From Hungatella sp. (GTDB taxonomy: Bacteria; Bacillota; Clostridia; Lachnospirales; Lachnospiraceae): DNA of 64,000 nucleotides. The notes below the pieces were generated by a model. That model was not told where the DNA came from, did not search any database, and worked only from the letters and a program-made list of their open reading frames with translations. The stretch covers positions 167,276-231,275 of the forward strand of contig WASS01000029.1 in the NCBI GenBank assembly GCA_009712635.1. Reading direction: 5' to 3'. The first letter of the stretch is position 1. Every line of letters begins with the position of its first letter. Positions 28,076 to 37,616 of this stretch are shown piece by piece. The translations under genes and the position numbers were made by a program.

Positions 28076-30635
28076 ATATACACTGCCCCTTGCGCAAACG
28101 AAAGTGACTATTGAAATGGTTGGTGGAAAAGGTATGTCTTTATCAAAACTTCTGGCGGCGGGAATATCTGTACCAGATGGTTTTCATGTAACCACAGCTT
28201 CTTACCGGCTTTTTGTTGAAATGAACCACATCCAGCCTTACATTAACAAATTACTGGACGAAATTCATTTTAATGATTCCACCCAGCTGGAAGCTGCATC
28301 AGCCCAGATCGGAATACTTTTTCATAAAGGAAAGATGCCAGAGGAAGTGGCATCAGCGATTCAATCGGCTTATGTAGGATTAGGAAGCATCCCTGTTGCA
28401 GTCCGTTCTTCTGCAACTGCCGAAGATCTGCCGGAGGCTTCTTTTGCAGGACAGCAGGATACCTATCTAAATATACTGGGAGAGTCCCAGGTCCTTGATG
28501 CTGTAAAGCGGTGCTGGGCTTCTCTGTGGACAGCCCGCGCGATTGCTTACCGCATGAAGAATCATATAAAACAGGAGCAGGTTTCAATTGCTGTCGTAGT
28601 GCAAAAGCTGGTGTTTTCCCATGGGGCAGGCGTTATGTTTACTCAAAATCCTATTAATGGCAGACGGGGGGAGATGGTCATCAATGCAGCATGGGGGCTA
28701 GGTGAAGCAGTGGTATCCAGCTTAGTGACACCAGATACCATCATTGTGGATAAGAATGCCGGACGAATAGTTTCATATAAAGCAGCAGATAAAGAGATCA
28801 TGACGGTTCGTACCTCAAACGGAACGGAAGAAATTTCAACTCCTGGGAAGTTAAGGAAAAAACATACACTGACACGGGACCAGGTTATGCGGCTTGCACA
28901 GCTTGGAAAGAAAATTGAAACGTATTATGAAATGTCCATGGATGTAGAGTGGGCATTGGAAAAAAACGAATTGTATATTGTCCAGGCTCGTCCGATTACG
29001 GTCATGCCGCCGGAGTGGGTGCTGCCGGAAAAAGATGTAATATACACAAAGGGCAGTCTGGCAGAACACCTGCCCAATCCTGTTACACCTTTGTTCGCCA
29101 CGTTTGGCCTTGAAATCATTAACCGTGCATCGGCACTTTTATGGGCTGATATATTTGATAAAAGTGCAAAAAAACTGCTGCCGCAGAACGGGGCATATAC
29201 GGTGATTAATGGATATGTCTATCTGTCTGCAAAATCAAAGCCCCTTCTTATTGCTGCAAAATCACTTTCTCCCCGCTCCCTGCGAAAGACACTGACCAAC
29301 AGTATCTCTCGCTGGAAAGCGGCACGGGCAGAGTTTGAGTCAGTAGTGAAAGAATGGGAAGAAAAACCTCTGCATACGCTGCGTGCCCATCAATTGATGG
29401 AGGGAATTCAGTCTGTATTTTTTGCGGCATGTATTTATTTTACAAGAATCCAGCTTACTCTGCCCGCTGCTTCCCTCAGCGAAACATTATTTACAAAACT
29501 ATTTACTGGAACAGTTCGCCGTGCCGGTATAACAAATACTTCTGTATTCCTGCTTGGTTTTGATACCATTGCGCTGCAATCAGAGAAGAATCTGTGGAAG
29601 ATCTCGGAATGGGTAAAGAAAAACAACGCCCTCAATCATTATCTGCAAAACAATTCCACAATAAATATAGAGAGAGATACCATGTCACCAGCTGTACCAG
29701 CAGGAGTCACTGAGGAAGTATGGGGGGAATGGAAAAATCGAATCAATCTGTATTTCAAAGAATATGGCCGCACCGCGTATGAATTTGATTTTTTCTATCC
29801 AACACCACAGGAAATGCTTACTCCAACGCTGGAATCCATAAAATTATTTATGGAGGGGAAAGGGGATAGCCCATTTTTACGCCAGTCAGTATATGAAAAA
29901 CATAGGAAACAGGCAGAAGATGCAACATTAAAGCTGATAGATGGCTCCCGCAAAAAACTATTTTTAAAGCTGCTTAACTGGGCGCAGGAAACTGCTCCCA
30001 TGCGTGAAGATGCTATATATCTGATGGGTATGGGGCATCCGTTGATTCGAAGTATGTTCAGGGAAATTTCAGAACGCCTTATACGAGGCGGAGCCATTCT
30101 ACATATCGATGATATATACTGGCTCACAAAATCAGAATTGGATGCACTGGTAATCCAGTTAGATAAAAATATGCATTTATTGGATCTGAAAGGGATAATA
30201 CCTGTCAGAAGGGCAGTATTCAAAAAAACCCAGGGTTATGTACCACCCTCCAGATTACCGGAGAAAAATGAATATACTATGTTACATTTGCCACAGAATC
30301 GAAAAGATGGGAAAATTATATTGAAGGGAATAGGCACCAGCACCGGCGTTGTTACAGCACCAGCCTGTGTCGTCTACAGCCCTGCAGATTTTCAAGGCTT
30401 TAAGCCTGGAAGCGTGTTAATTGCCGTTACCACAACTCCGGCATGGACACCGTTGTTTTCTTTGGCAAGTGCCATTGTAACGGATATTGGCGGTCCGCTC
30501 AGCCATTCAAGCATTGTTGCCCGGGAATATGGAATCCCTGCAGTCATGGCTGCTCACAACGCGACACGAACGATCCAGAGCGGACAAATGATAACGGTGG
30601 ATGGAGCAGCGGGGACGGTGACCATCAGCGGGTAG
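28053..30635 (+). CDS. RPH-family PEP-utilising phosphotransferase (rifampin phosphotransferase-like; PPDK_N ATP-grasp + substrate domain + His swivel domain)
   Basis: From memory it aligns closely with Listeria RphLm, for example VRSSATAEDLPEASFAGQQDTYLNI and CWASLWTARAIAYR. The C-terminal swivel region TTPAWTPLF...GGPLSHSSIVAREYGIPAV also matches. The start is either 28053 or the ATG at 28068. Confidence 0.7.
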   Translation: MGGRIMIEYTLPLAQTKVTIEMVGGKGMSLSKLLAAGISVPDGFHVTTASYRLFVEMNHIQPYINKLLDEIHFNDSTQLEAASAQIGILFHKGKMPEEVASAIQSAYVGLGSIPVAVRSSATAEDLPEASFAGQQDTYLNILGESQVLDAVKRCWASLWTARAIAYRMKNHIKQEQVSIAVVVQKLVFSHGAGVMFTQNPINGRRGEMVINAAWGLGEAVVSSLVTPDTIIVDKNAGRIVSYKAADKEIMTVRTSNGTEEISTPGKLRKKHTLTRDQVMRLAQLGKKIETYYEMSMDVEWALEKNELYIVQARPITVMPPEWVLPEKDVIYTKGSLAEHLPNPVTPLFATFGLEIINRASALLWADIFDKSAKKLLPQNGAYTVINGYVYLSAKSKPLLIAAKSLSPRSLRKTLTNSISRWKAARAEFESVVKEWEEKPLHTLRAHQLMEGIQSVFFAACIYFTRIQLTLPAASLSETLFTKLFTGTVRRAGITNTSVFLLGFDTIALQSEKNLWKISEWVKKNNALNHYLQNNSTINIERDTMSPAVPAGVTEEVWGEWKNRINLYFKEYGRTAYEFDFFYPTPQEMLTPTLESIKLFMEGKGDSPFLRQSVYEKHRKQAEDATLKLIDGSRKKLFLKLLNWAQETAPMREDAIYLMGMGHPLIRSMFREISERLIRGGAILHIDDIYWLTKSELDALVIQLDKNMHLLDLKGIIPVRRAVFKKTQGYVPPSRLPEKNEYTMLHLPQNRKDGKIILKGIGTSTGVVTAPACVVYSPADFQGFKPGSVLIAVTTTPAWTPLFSLASAIVTDIGGPLSHSSIVAREYGIPAVMAAHNATRTIQSGQMITVDGAAGTVTISG

Positions 30636-30989
30636 TAAAGATTCTGTTAAAGTGGAATCTGAGGGTAGACTTGAGAAAGCGTTCGTTTTCCTTATTTGGT
30701 TAATAGCGTTATAATTGGTAAAAATACGAATTAAAATAATAAAAGTCTTCTTTCAGATTGCATAAAAATATGTTAAACTAAAAACAATTCCCCCTTGCTA
30801 AATGTGCATTGATGATATTTAGAGAATTTGGCATTTGTTACAAACCTGCAGTGAACAGTTGCAATCAGGAATTTTTTTATTTCAATGGAATAACAGTAAC
30901 ATAGCAGGTCTGATTTCCAAAATCAGAAGAAAAGAGGCATTTATCATGGAGCGCAAAGTATCAATTTTAGCTGACAGGAGGAATTACTC

Positions 30990-33011
30990 ATGGAAGAATG
31001 GCTGACATTGGCGGGAATTTCTGTAGGAACAATTGTGTTGCTTTACCTGTTTATTTTCAAGATACTTGGATTAAGAGTTATTAACTCAAACGAGGTAGCA
31101 GTCGTAGAAAAGTGGTGGAGTCTTAAGGGATCACTGAAGGATTCCATTATTGCCTTAAACGGAGAAGCCGGGTATGCACCTGGACTTTTGAGGGGCGGTA
31201 TCCATTTCAAATCCGTACTGATGTACAAGATACATAAATATCCTCTCATTACGATTCCCCAGGGGCAGATTGCCTATTTATTTGCCCGTGACGGCGCTCC
31301 GCTTTCCCCAGTGCAGACTCTGGGGCGGATTGTGCCTGAAGCCAACAATTTTCAGGATGTTTCCGGATTCTTAAAAAATGGCGGACAGCGTGGACCACAG
31401 AGAGGAATCTTAAGAGAGGGTACCTACGCCATCAATCTGGCACAATTCATTGTGATCACACCCAGCGCGATCAAATCCATATCCAGCAATTTAAAGCAGG
31501 AGCGTAATGAATTGGTCAGCATGCAGAAAACTCTGGCTGAAAGAGAAGGCTTCTCACCCGTGGTAATTATGGGCAGAGGGGGCAGTGAGTCCAGCGACAT
31601 GATGGGAATTGTTACAGTGCATGACGGAACTCCTATTTCCCAGGGAGAAATCATCGCTCCGGATGTGGGCGAAGACCATGCCAGTTTTCAGGATCCGGAG
31701 AAGTTTCTGGAGCTTGGCGGAAGGCGGGGAAAACAGATCCAGATTTTAACAGATGGTACTTATTATATCAATCGTCTTTTTGCCACAGTTGAATTCCGCC
31801 CTAAAACAGTGGTTCCCATTGGTTTTGTAGGCGTCGTGGTTTCTTTCTTTGGCAGTGAGGGAGTGGATACCTCGGGAGAAAACTATAAGCACGGAGAATT
31901 AGTCAGCGTAGGCTCCAAGGGTGTACTGGAAAAACCTCTGATGCCAGGTAAATATGCGTTCAATACCGATGCGGGCAAAGTTGTACTTGTTCCCACCACA
32001 AACATCATCTTAAAGTGGAACAAAACTGAAACCGGTGACCATAAGTATGATGAAAATCTTACGGAAGTGGATATTATCACGAAGGATGCGTTTGAGCCTT
32101 CCCTTCCATTGTCCGTAGTCATGCATATCGACTACAAGCAGGCACCATGGGTCATTCAGCGCTTTGGTGATATTGGGATGCTGGTAAACCAGTCTCTTGA
32201 TCCGCTGGTCAGTGCATATTTTAAAGATGTGGCGCAGACGAAGACACTCATCGAACTGATTCAGGAACGTAGTGCTATTCGTGAACGGGCTGTTCTTGAA
32301 ATGAAAGAGAAATTTGAAAAATATAATCTTCAGCTTGAGGAAGTTTTGATCGGCACACCGAAAACCACAGTAGCTGACACTCAGATTGAGAATATTCTGA
32401 TGCAGCTTCGGGAACGTCAGATTGCAGAGGAAAAAAAGGTCACCTACCAAAAACAGCAATCTGCGGCGGAAAGTGAGAAATCCCTGCGTGAAGCCCAGGC
32501 AGTAGCTGAACAGCAAAGTTTCCTGACCAAATCCAAGATTCAGATTGAGATTGAGGGTAACAATGGTGCAGCACTTGCAAGCCGTGCAGAGCAGGAATCC
32601 AATCAGATCATTGCTCTTGCGAAAGCCAATGCATCTAAAATCAAGCTGGAAGGCGAGGCGGAAGCTTCCAAGGAATCCAATGTGGGATTAGCCAAAGCTC
32701 AAGCCATTGAGGCACAGGTAAAAGCTTATGGCGGTGCTGAATACCGGGTCATTCAGGAGATTACGGATAAGCTGGCCGATGCTGTTAAAAATGCGACTGT
32801 TGATATCGTTCCGAAAACGGTTGTGCAGATGGGGAGCGGAGAAAACGGAAACGGTGCTGGCGGAACCGGAACTGTAATGGATACACTGCTGAAATTTATT
32901 ACTTTGGATAAACTCGGCGTATCCCTGCAGCATATGAATGAGCCGTCTGCAGTGACTTCAGAAGAAGAGCCCCTGGTCAAATCAGAACAAGTGGAAGAGA
33001 AAACAGTTTAA
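30990..33011 (+). CDS. flotillin-like SPFH/band-7 protein
   Basis: An N-terminal TM is followed by an SPFH domain and then a long coiled-coil, E/A/K-rich C-terminus. The RBS is GGAGG. Confidence 0.75.
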   Translation: MEEWLTLAGISVGTIVLLYLFIFKILGLRVINSNEVAVVEKWWSLKGSLKDSIIALNGEAGYAPGLLRGGIHFKSVLMYKIHKYPLITIPQGQIAYLFARDGAPLSPVQTLGRIVPEANNFQDVSGFLKNGGQRGPQRGILREGTYAINLAQFIVITPSAIKSISSNLKQERNELVSMQKTLAEREGFSPVVIMGRGGSESSDMMGIVTVHDGTPISQGEIIAPDVGEDHASFQDPEKFLELGGRRGKQIQILTDGTYYINRLFATVEFRPKTVVPIGFVGVVVSFFGSEGVDTSGENYKHGELVSVGSKGVLEKPLMPGKYAFNTDAGKVVLVPTTNIILKWNKTETGDHKYDENLTEVDIITKDAFEPSLPLSVVMHIDYKQAPWVIQRFGDIGMLVNQSLDPLVSAYFKDVAQTKTLIELIQERSAIRERAVLEMKEKFEKYNLQLEEVLIGTPKTTVADTQIENILMQLRERQIAEEKKVTYQKQQSAAESEKSLREAQAVAEQQSFLTKSKIQIEIEGNNGAALASRAEQESNQIIALAKANASKIKLEGEAEASKESNVGLAKAQAIEAQVKAYGGAEYRVIQEITDKLADAVKNATVDIVPKTVVQMGSGENGNGAGGTGTVMDTLLKFITLDKLGVSLQHMNEPSAVTSEEEPLVKSEQVEEKTV

Positions 33012-33107
33012 ATAGCTGACATGAATAAAAGACCCGATAAAAGCCAATTTACTTTATCGGGTCTTATTATTTCAATCCTGTTATACTGGGCACAGAAAGG
33101 GGGCAGG

Positions 33108-33968
33108 ATGGACTATTTAAAAGATATGAATCATGCACTTGACTATATTGAAAGCAATTTGGATGGAGAGATTGATTACTCCACGGTAGCAAAGCTGGCT
33201 TGCTGTTCCATCAGCTGTTTTCAACGGATGTTTTCCTATATCGCAGATATACGGTTGTCAGAATATATCCGGCGCCGGCGAATGTCTTTAGCTGCATTTG
33301 AACTGCGAAACAGCAATGTAAAGGTAATAGACCTGGCTGTTAAATATGGTTATGAATCCCCGGATTCTTTCTCCCGTGCATTCCAAGCAGTTCATGGAGT
33401 GATTCCCTCTGTGGCACGCAGTGACGGGAAGTCTTTAAAAGCTTATCCTCGTATAACCTTTCATATTTCTGTTAAAGGAGATGCTGAGATGAATTACAGG
33501 ATTGAGAAAAAGGAAGCGTTTAGAGTTGTAGGAATGAAGAGACATTTTCACGCACCGGAGGATGATCCGGGTGCTGTGGACAAATTTTGGAGGGAAGTCT
33601 TTAAAGACGGTACTTACGAAGCATTAAACGGTTTATCCAATGGTGCCCCAAAAGGTGTTCACGGATTTATTCAGGTGTTAAGTGAGGAAAACGTGGATTA
33701 TACCATAGCATGTATCACGGATCAGGAGCCGCTGGACGGAATGGAAAGCTTTGTCATAGGGGAATCGACCTGGGCTGTTTTTGAACTGGAAGGTCCGGTG
33801 AGTAAAACATTGGAGGTTGCATGGAAATGTATTTTCAGTGAGTGGCTTCCTGCTTCAGGCTATCAATATGCAGAATCTGTGGATATTGAATGCTTTCCTC
33901 ATGAGGGAGACAGAGGTGCCAAAGATTTCAAATTTGAAATATGGCTGCCGGTTAAAAAAGAATCATGA
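33108..33968 (+). CDS. AraC-family regulator with GyrI-like domain (third paralog)
   Basis: I trimmed the start to MDYLKDM after AAAGGGGG. It has an AraC HTH and a GyrI-like C-terminus. Confidence 0.8.
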   Translation: MDYLKDMNHALDYIESNLDGEIDYSTVAKLACCSISCFQRMFSYIADIRLSEYIRRRRMSLAAFELRNSNVKVIDLAVKYGYESPDSFSRAFQAVHGVIPSVARSDGKSLKAYPRITFHISVKGDAEMNYRIEKKEAFRVVGMKRHFHAPEDDPGAVDKFWREVFKDGTYEALNGLSNGAPKGVHGFIQVLSEENVDYTIACITDQEPLDGMESFVIGESTWAVFELEGPVSKTLEVAWKCIFSEWLPASGYQYAESVDIECFPHEGDRGAKDFKFEIWLPVKKES

Positions 33969-34027
33969 TAGTGAGATACCGCCAGGGATTTAACAGGTCC
34001 TGACGGTATCTTTTTTTGAAACGTTTG

Positions 34028-35689
34028 TTAACGGCTTCCGCCGCCGCCGCCTCCAGAAAAACCGCCGCCGCCCATAGAGCTGACTCCGCCTCCGGTTCCG
34101 TCCATGTTTGCGCTTGGGGATGCAGCACTGGAAACATGGTTTGTCATGGTCATTAGATATAACATACTATAGGAATTGCAGCCGTACAGACCTGCAAAGG
34201 AATTAAAATATACTGGGTCAAGTGTTTTCATACTTTTGAGAACCTGTTCTCCCATATGAAACAGGGTGGCGAAGACCAGATAATCACCCCATAATGCTCC
34301 CTGGGAGGTCTGGTATTGTTTTTGCCCGCTCATATCTTTTAAATATTTTTGAAACCCAAGTATTCTGACAGCCTGATCAAATCCAGAAGAAGTGAAACGA
34401 AGAGAGCCTTTTATGTCTGTGGCGGCTGCGTTTAAGTGCATTAATTCATTGTCGCCTTCCAGTTTCACTGCTTTTTCCCAGGCAGTGAGCTTCTTATGAA
34501 ATTCTTCTGAACGCTTTCCAATATCAGAAATCCGAAGAATACCATTTTTGTCAGCCTGACTGGCTAAGATCTGATACAGGGAATTCTCCGCTTCAGTTCC
34601 ATGAGGTTTATTCTGACCGAATACCACCGCTTCTTCTTTTTTCAGCTTTTTTCCGTCCTCATTTTCCCCATTCTCCAAGCGGATATACCCTGCTTCCTGC
34701 CAGCGGATAAGATATGCGCCCAGCGCATCTAAGGGAATACCCCTGCGCAGCAGATGCATAGCGGAATAAACGGCAGGAATACTGCCTCCAAAGGGAATGG
34801 TCCAGTTGATATCTATATGTTTCATTCCAGGAAGCCGCATAACGGTTCCATCTGCCAGCTTATATCTGGAATAAAAGAAGACACTTGGAAGAATGACAGC
34901 CGCTGCCGCTGCTAAAATGGAAAAGAGGATCGTTTTAGCCATATCAGATTTATCATTATCAGCCGATTTCTGCAATTTTTCAAATGACATACCGCTTGCT
35001 TTTGCTGTGGGAAATAAGCTTCTATCAAAGCGGCAGAGCACATTTCCGTAATCATTTTTTTCCAACGCTTCTAAAGAATAAGCGATCAGACTGCCGTCCG
35101 GATCTATTTCCACCTGACCTGTAAAACCATATGCCCAGATTCTGGAGTTGTCCTGGGTTAATTGTGTATCAGGCATCCGGATTTTCATGGAAATCGATTG
35201 AGGAGCGCTTGAAAGTTCTGATATAAACTGATGGTAAAATCCGGCATAGTCACCGTAATCTTTCACCAGACCATCCAGTGTATATTGTATAGTATATTGA
35301 TGGTCGCCATAGTTGCCGATTCCCCAGCAAAGTTCATATCCCTGTGAGGTTTTTAATATGCCGCAGGTACCGGCCTTTTCTTCTCTGGAACGCTTTGTAT
35401 CCCAGTTTTCCAGGGTTTTGTATTGCTTTCCTGATTCGTCAGATACAAGAAGAGAATGAACGCTCATTCCTTTCATATTGTACAACGCTTTGTAATATTC
35501 CGTACCGTCAGATACACCGCGGACATCCCAGACTTCTGTTATAACGGCAGATCCATCTTTCTTTAACAAGACGTCTACATTGATTGATGGAATTGCTTCC
35601 TCTGCTGCAAATACCGGGACTGCATTCATGAAAAGGACAACTGCAATCAGTAAAAAAAAGTGGAATAAACTTTTTGGCTTTATTTTCAT
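34028..35689 (-). CDS. DUF2207-family membrane protein with Gly-rich C-terminal tail
   Basis: A signal peptide is followed by an extracellular domain, TM segments and a C-terminal GGGVSSMGGGGFSGGGGGG tail. Confidence 0.6.
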   Translation of the reverse strand: MKIKPKSLFHFFLLIAVVLFMNAVPVFAAEEAIPSINVDVLLKKDGSAVITEVWDVRGVSDGTEYYKALYNMKGMSVHSLLVSDESGKQYKTLENWDTKRSREEKAGTCGILKTSQGYELCWGIGNYGDHQYTIQYTLDGLVKDYGDYAGFYHQFISELSSAPQSISMKIRMPDTQLTQDNSRIWAYGFTGQVEIDPDGSLIAYSLEALEKNDYGNVLCRFDRSLFPTAKASGMSFEKLQKSADNDKSDMAKTILFSILAAAAAVILPSVFFYSRYKLADGTVMRLPGMKHIDINWTIPFGGSIPAVYSAMHLLRRGIPLDALGAYLIRWQEAGYIRLENGENEDGKKLKKEEAVVFGQNKPHGTEAENSLYQILASQADKNGILRISDIGKRSEEFHKKLTAWEKAVKLEGDNELMHLNAAATDIKGSLRFTSSGFDQAVRILGFQKYLKDMSGQKQYQTSQGALWGDYLVFATLFHMGEQVLKSMKTLDPVYFNSFAGLYGCNSYSMLYLMTMTNHVSSAASPSANMDGTGGGVSSMGGGGFSGGGGGGSR

Positions 35690-35945
35690 TTTCTTCTCCT
35701 GTCTTATAATTAGGTCAATATGTAACGAAATGGTAGTTTAAAATTTACTTATAGTAGAGTATACCACAATTTTAAAATCATATCACATTTAAAAAAATGC
35801 TGCGAAAACTGGAGGAGCACTTCCTGTATCCTTTGCATATCATATAAGGGGAGGCGATAATTAACAGATTTGCGAAATTGTGTCGGACAGCCAGTGGAAA
35901 TCACCAGGGATAAAGGGCAGAAAAATGTATTAAGGGAGAGAGTAT

Positions 35946-36863
35946 ATGATGAAGAAGCTATTAAGTGCAACAGCAGTATCCAATCCAACATGGTATGCAG
36001 ATGAGAGAGTTATTTTTCATGGACAAGCAAACCCCTATGATTATTATGGCGCAAAGGATCCTACCATTGTTTATTATGGAGGAAAGTATCATGTATTTTA
36101 TACCGGTGCCAATCAGGGCGGTGGATGGCAGATGCTTTATACATCAGCCTCTACGATTTCAGGTCTTAAAAATGCTGCACGCACCTATATGAGTTCTATT
36201 GGAGAAAATTATTTTTGTGCGCCTCAGGTATTTTACTTTGAACCAAAGAAGCTATGGTTTTTGGTTTATCAGGATGGAACCCATGGAGCAGCATACGCAA
36301 CAACAACGAATATTGCTGATCCAAAATCCTGGTCAGGGCCTAAATCCTTTGGCATTTCCGGAAACATGGGGTGGGATTATTTTGTGATTTGTGATAATTC
36401 CTATGCTTATATGTATAATACTCCAAGTGATGGTTCCGGTAAATTATATGTTCGAAGAACTTCACTTTCTAATTTCCCGTCAGGCTGGGGATCTCCATCC
36501 GTAGCCATATCAGACACGTTCGAAGGTGCAAATGTCTATAAGTCTCTGGCAGATGGTAAATACTATCTCGCGATTGAAGATCAAAAGGATGGCCGGTATT
36601 ATGAATTATGGCAGTCTGGCAGCGCCGGAGGTCCGTGGAGCAAAGTGGCTGAGAAATGGGCATGGAGAGGAAATTTACAATATAATGCTGACAGGTGGAC
36701 CACCAATGTATCTCATGGTGAATTCATCCGTGCCGGATATAATCAGAAGATGGAGATCAATGATATTAATCGTGTTGATTTTCTTATCCAGGGTACAAAC
36801 AACTTATCAGGACCATATCAGAAGATTAACTGGGATCTGGGAGTGATTAGAAATTACAAATAG
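35946..36863 (+). CDS. five-bladed beta-propeller glycoside hydrolase (GH43/GH62-like, arabinofuranosidase-type)
   Basis: An Asp-containing N-terminal blade (KDPTIVYYGGKYHVFYTG) is present. There is no clear signal peptide. The family call is tentative. Confidence 0.45.
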   Translation: MMKKLLSATAVSNPTWYADERVIFHGQANPYDYYGAKDPTIVYYGGKYHVFYTGANQGGGWQMLYTSASTISGLKNAARTYMSSIGENYFCAPQVFYFEPKKLWFLVYQDGTHGAAYATTTNIADPKSWSGPKSFGISGNMGWDYFVICDNSYAYMYNTPSDGSGKLYVRRTSLSNFPSGWGSPSVAISDTFEGANVYKSLADGKYYLAIEDQKDGRYYELWQSGSAGGPWSKVAEKWAWRGNLQYNADRWTTNVSHGEFIRAGYNQKMEINDINRVDFLIQGTNNLSGPYQKINWDLGVIRNYK

Positions 36864-36878
36864 AGAAATGGTACAAGC

Positions 36879-36909
36879 AATCCCGGGCGCTATATGGCCC
36901 GGGATTTTC
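36879..36909. terminator. bidirectional intrinsic terminator
   Basis: Stem aatcccgggc..gcccgggatttt. Confidence 0.6.
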
Positions 36910-36926
36910 TGCACCACCATTGTTAT

Positions 36927-37340
36927 TTAAAGAGTTTTGGTAAAGTAATAGCGCTTTCCTGTTACTGGATAGTTCTCTAATGTGAAGACTTCCCTGTATC
37001 CATGCTTCTTATAAAACACAGGTGCCTGAAAACTAAAAGTATCTAAAAATGAATACTTACATCCACGTTCTTTTGCGGTTTCTTCCGCCTGTTTTAAAAT
37101 TTCACTTCCGATCTGTTTTCCCCGTAACTCTTTGCTTACCCAGAGATACTTTACAAACAGCCAGTTTCCATGGGTGCTGCCAATTAACCCTGCAATCTTT
37201 CTGCCTGTTTCATCCGGAAGATAGATTGCCAGATCCCTGGGATTTTTGTCTTCAATTCTTTCTAAATTATACTCCAGCAGGCCATCGAAAATATATTTTT
37301 CATCGGATTCATTTATGGTGTCAGTTATCTCAAAAATCAT
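36927..37340 (-). CDS. GNAT-family N-acetyltransferase
   Basis: A GNAT motif A (RGKQIGSEILKQAEETAKERG) is present. It is 137 aa. Confidence 0.8.
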   Translation of the reverse strand: MIFEITDTINESDEKYIFDGLLEYNLERIEDKNPRDLAIYLPDETGRKIAGLIGSTHGNWLFVKYLWVSKELRGKQIGSEILKQAEETAKERGCKYSFLDTFSFQAPVFYKKHGYREVFTLENYPVTGKRYYFTKTL

Positions 37341-37496
37341 TAATTTTAATCTCCTTTATCCTCAGACGGTTTCATTTTTACTTTATGAGAGCATATCACA
37401 TTAACAAACAGGATTCTACCGTTTTTATACAGTTATTTACAGTAGTGTACTTGACAAGGGTTGAAAAAAAAAGTAAACTTAGTTCTATTATTGTAT

Positions 37497-37600
37497 TGGG
37501 AATGAGGCTCTCCCTGGATGGTTATATCCAAACCGCACTTTGCTGATGGCTTCTGTATATTTATGCTGAATATACGGAAGTGATCAGTTGTTTTTTTGTT
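37497..37600 (+). ncRNA. fluoride riboswitch (crcB motif) with terminator expression platform
   Basis: GGGAAUGAGGCUCUCC...AAACCGC...GCUGAUGGCUUCUG matches the crcB-motif aptamer as I recall it from B. cereus and T. petrophila. The 3' aptamer strand CUGAUGGCUUC doubles as the 5' arm of a terminator (gaagtgatcag + T7). The promoter is TTGACA-17-TAAACT at 37451-79. Confidence 0.7.
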
Positions 37601-37616
37601 AAGGAGTAAAATTACT

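Noticed and set aside
30636-30989. A 354-bp gap upstream of flotillin with a 19-aa ORF (MERKVSILADRRNYSWKNG) and a small hairpin.
   Set aside because: I recognised no conserved RNA motif. The micro-ORF lacks an RBS and overlaps the flotillin RBS.
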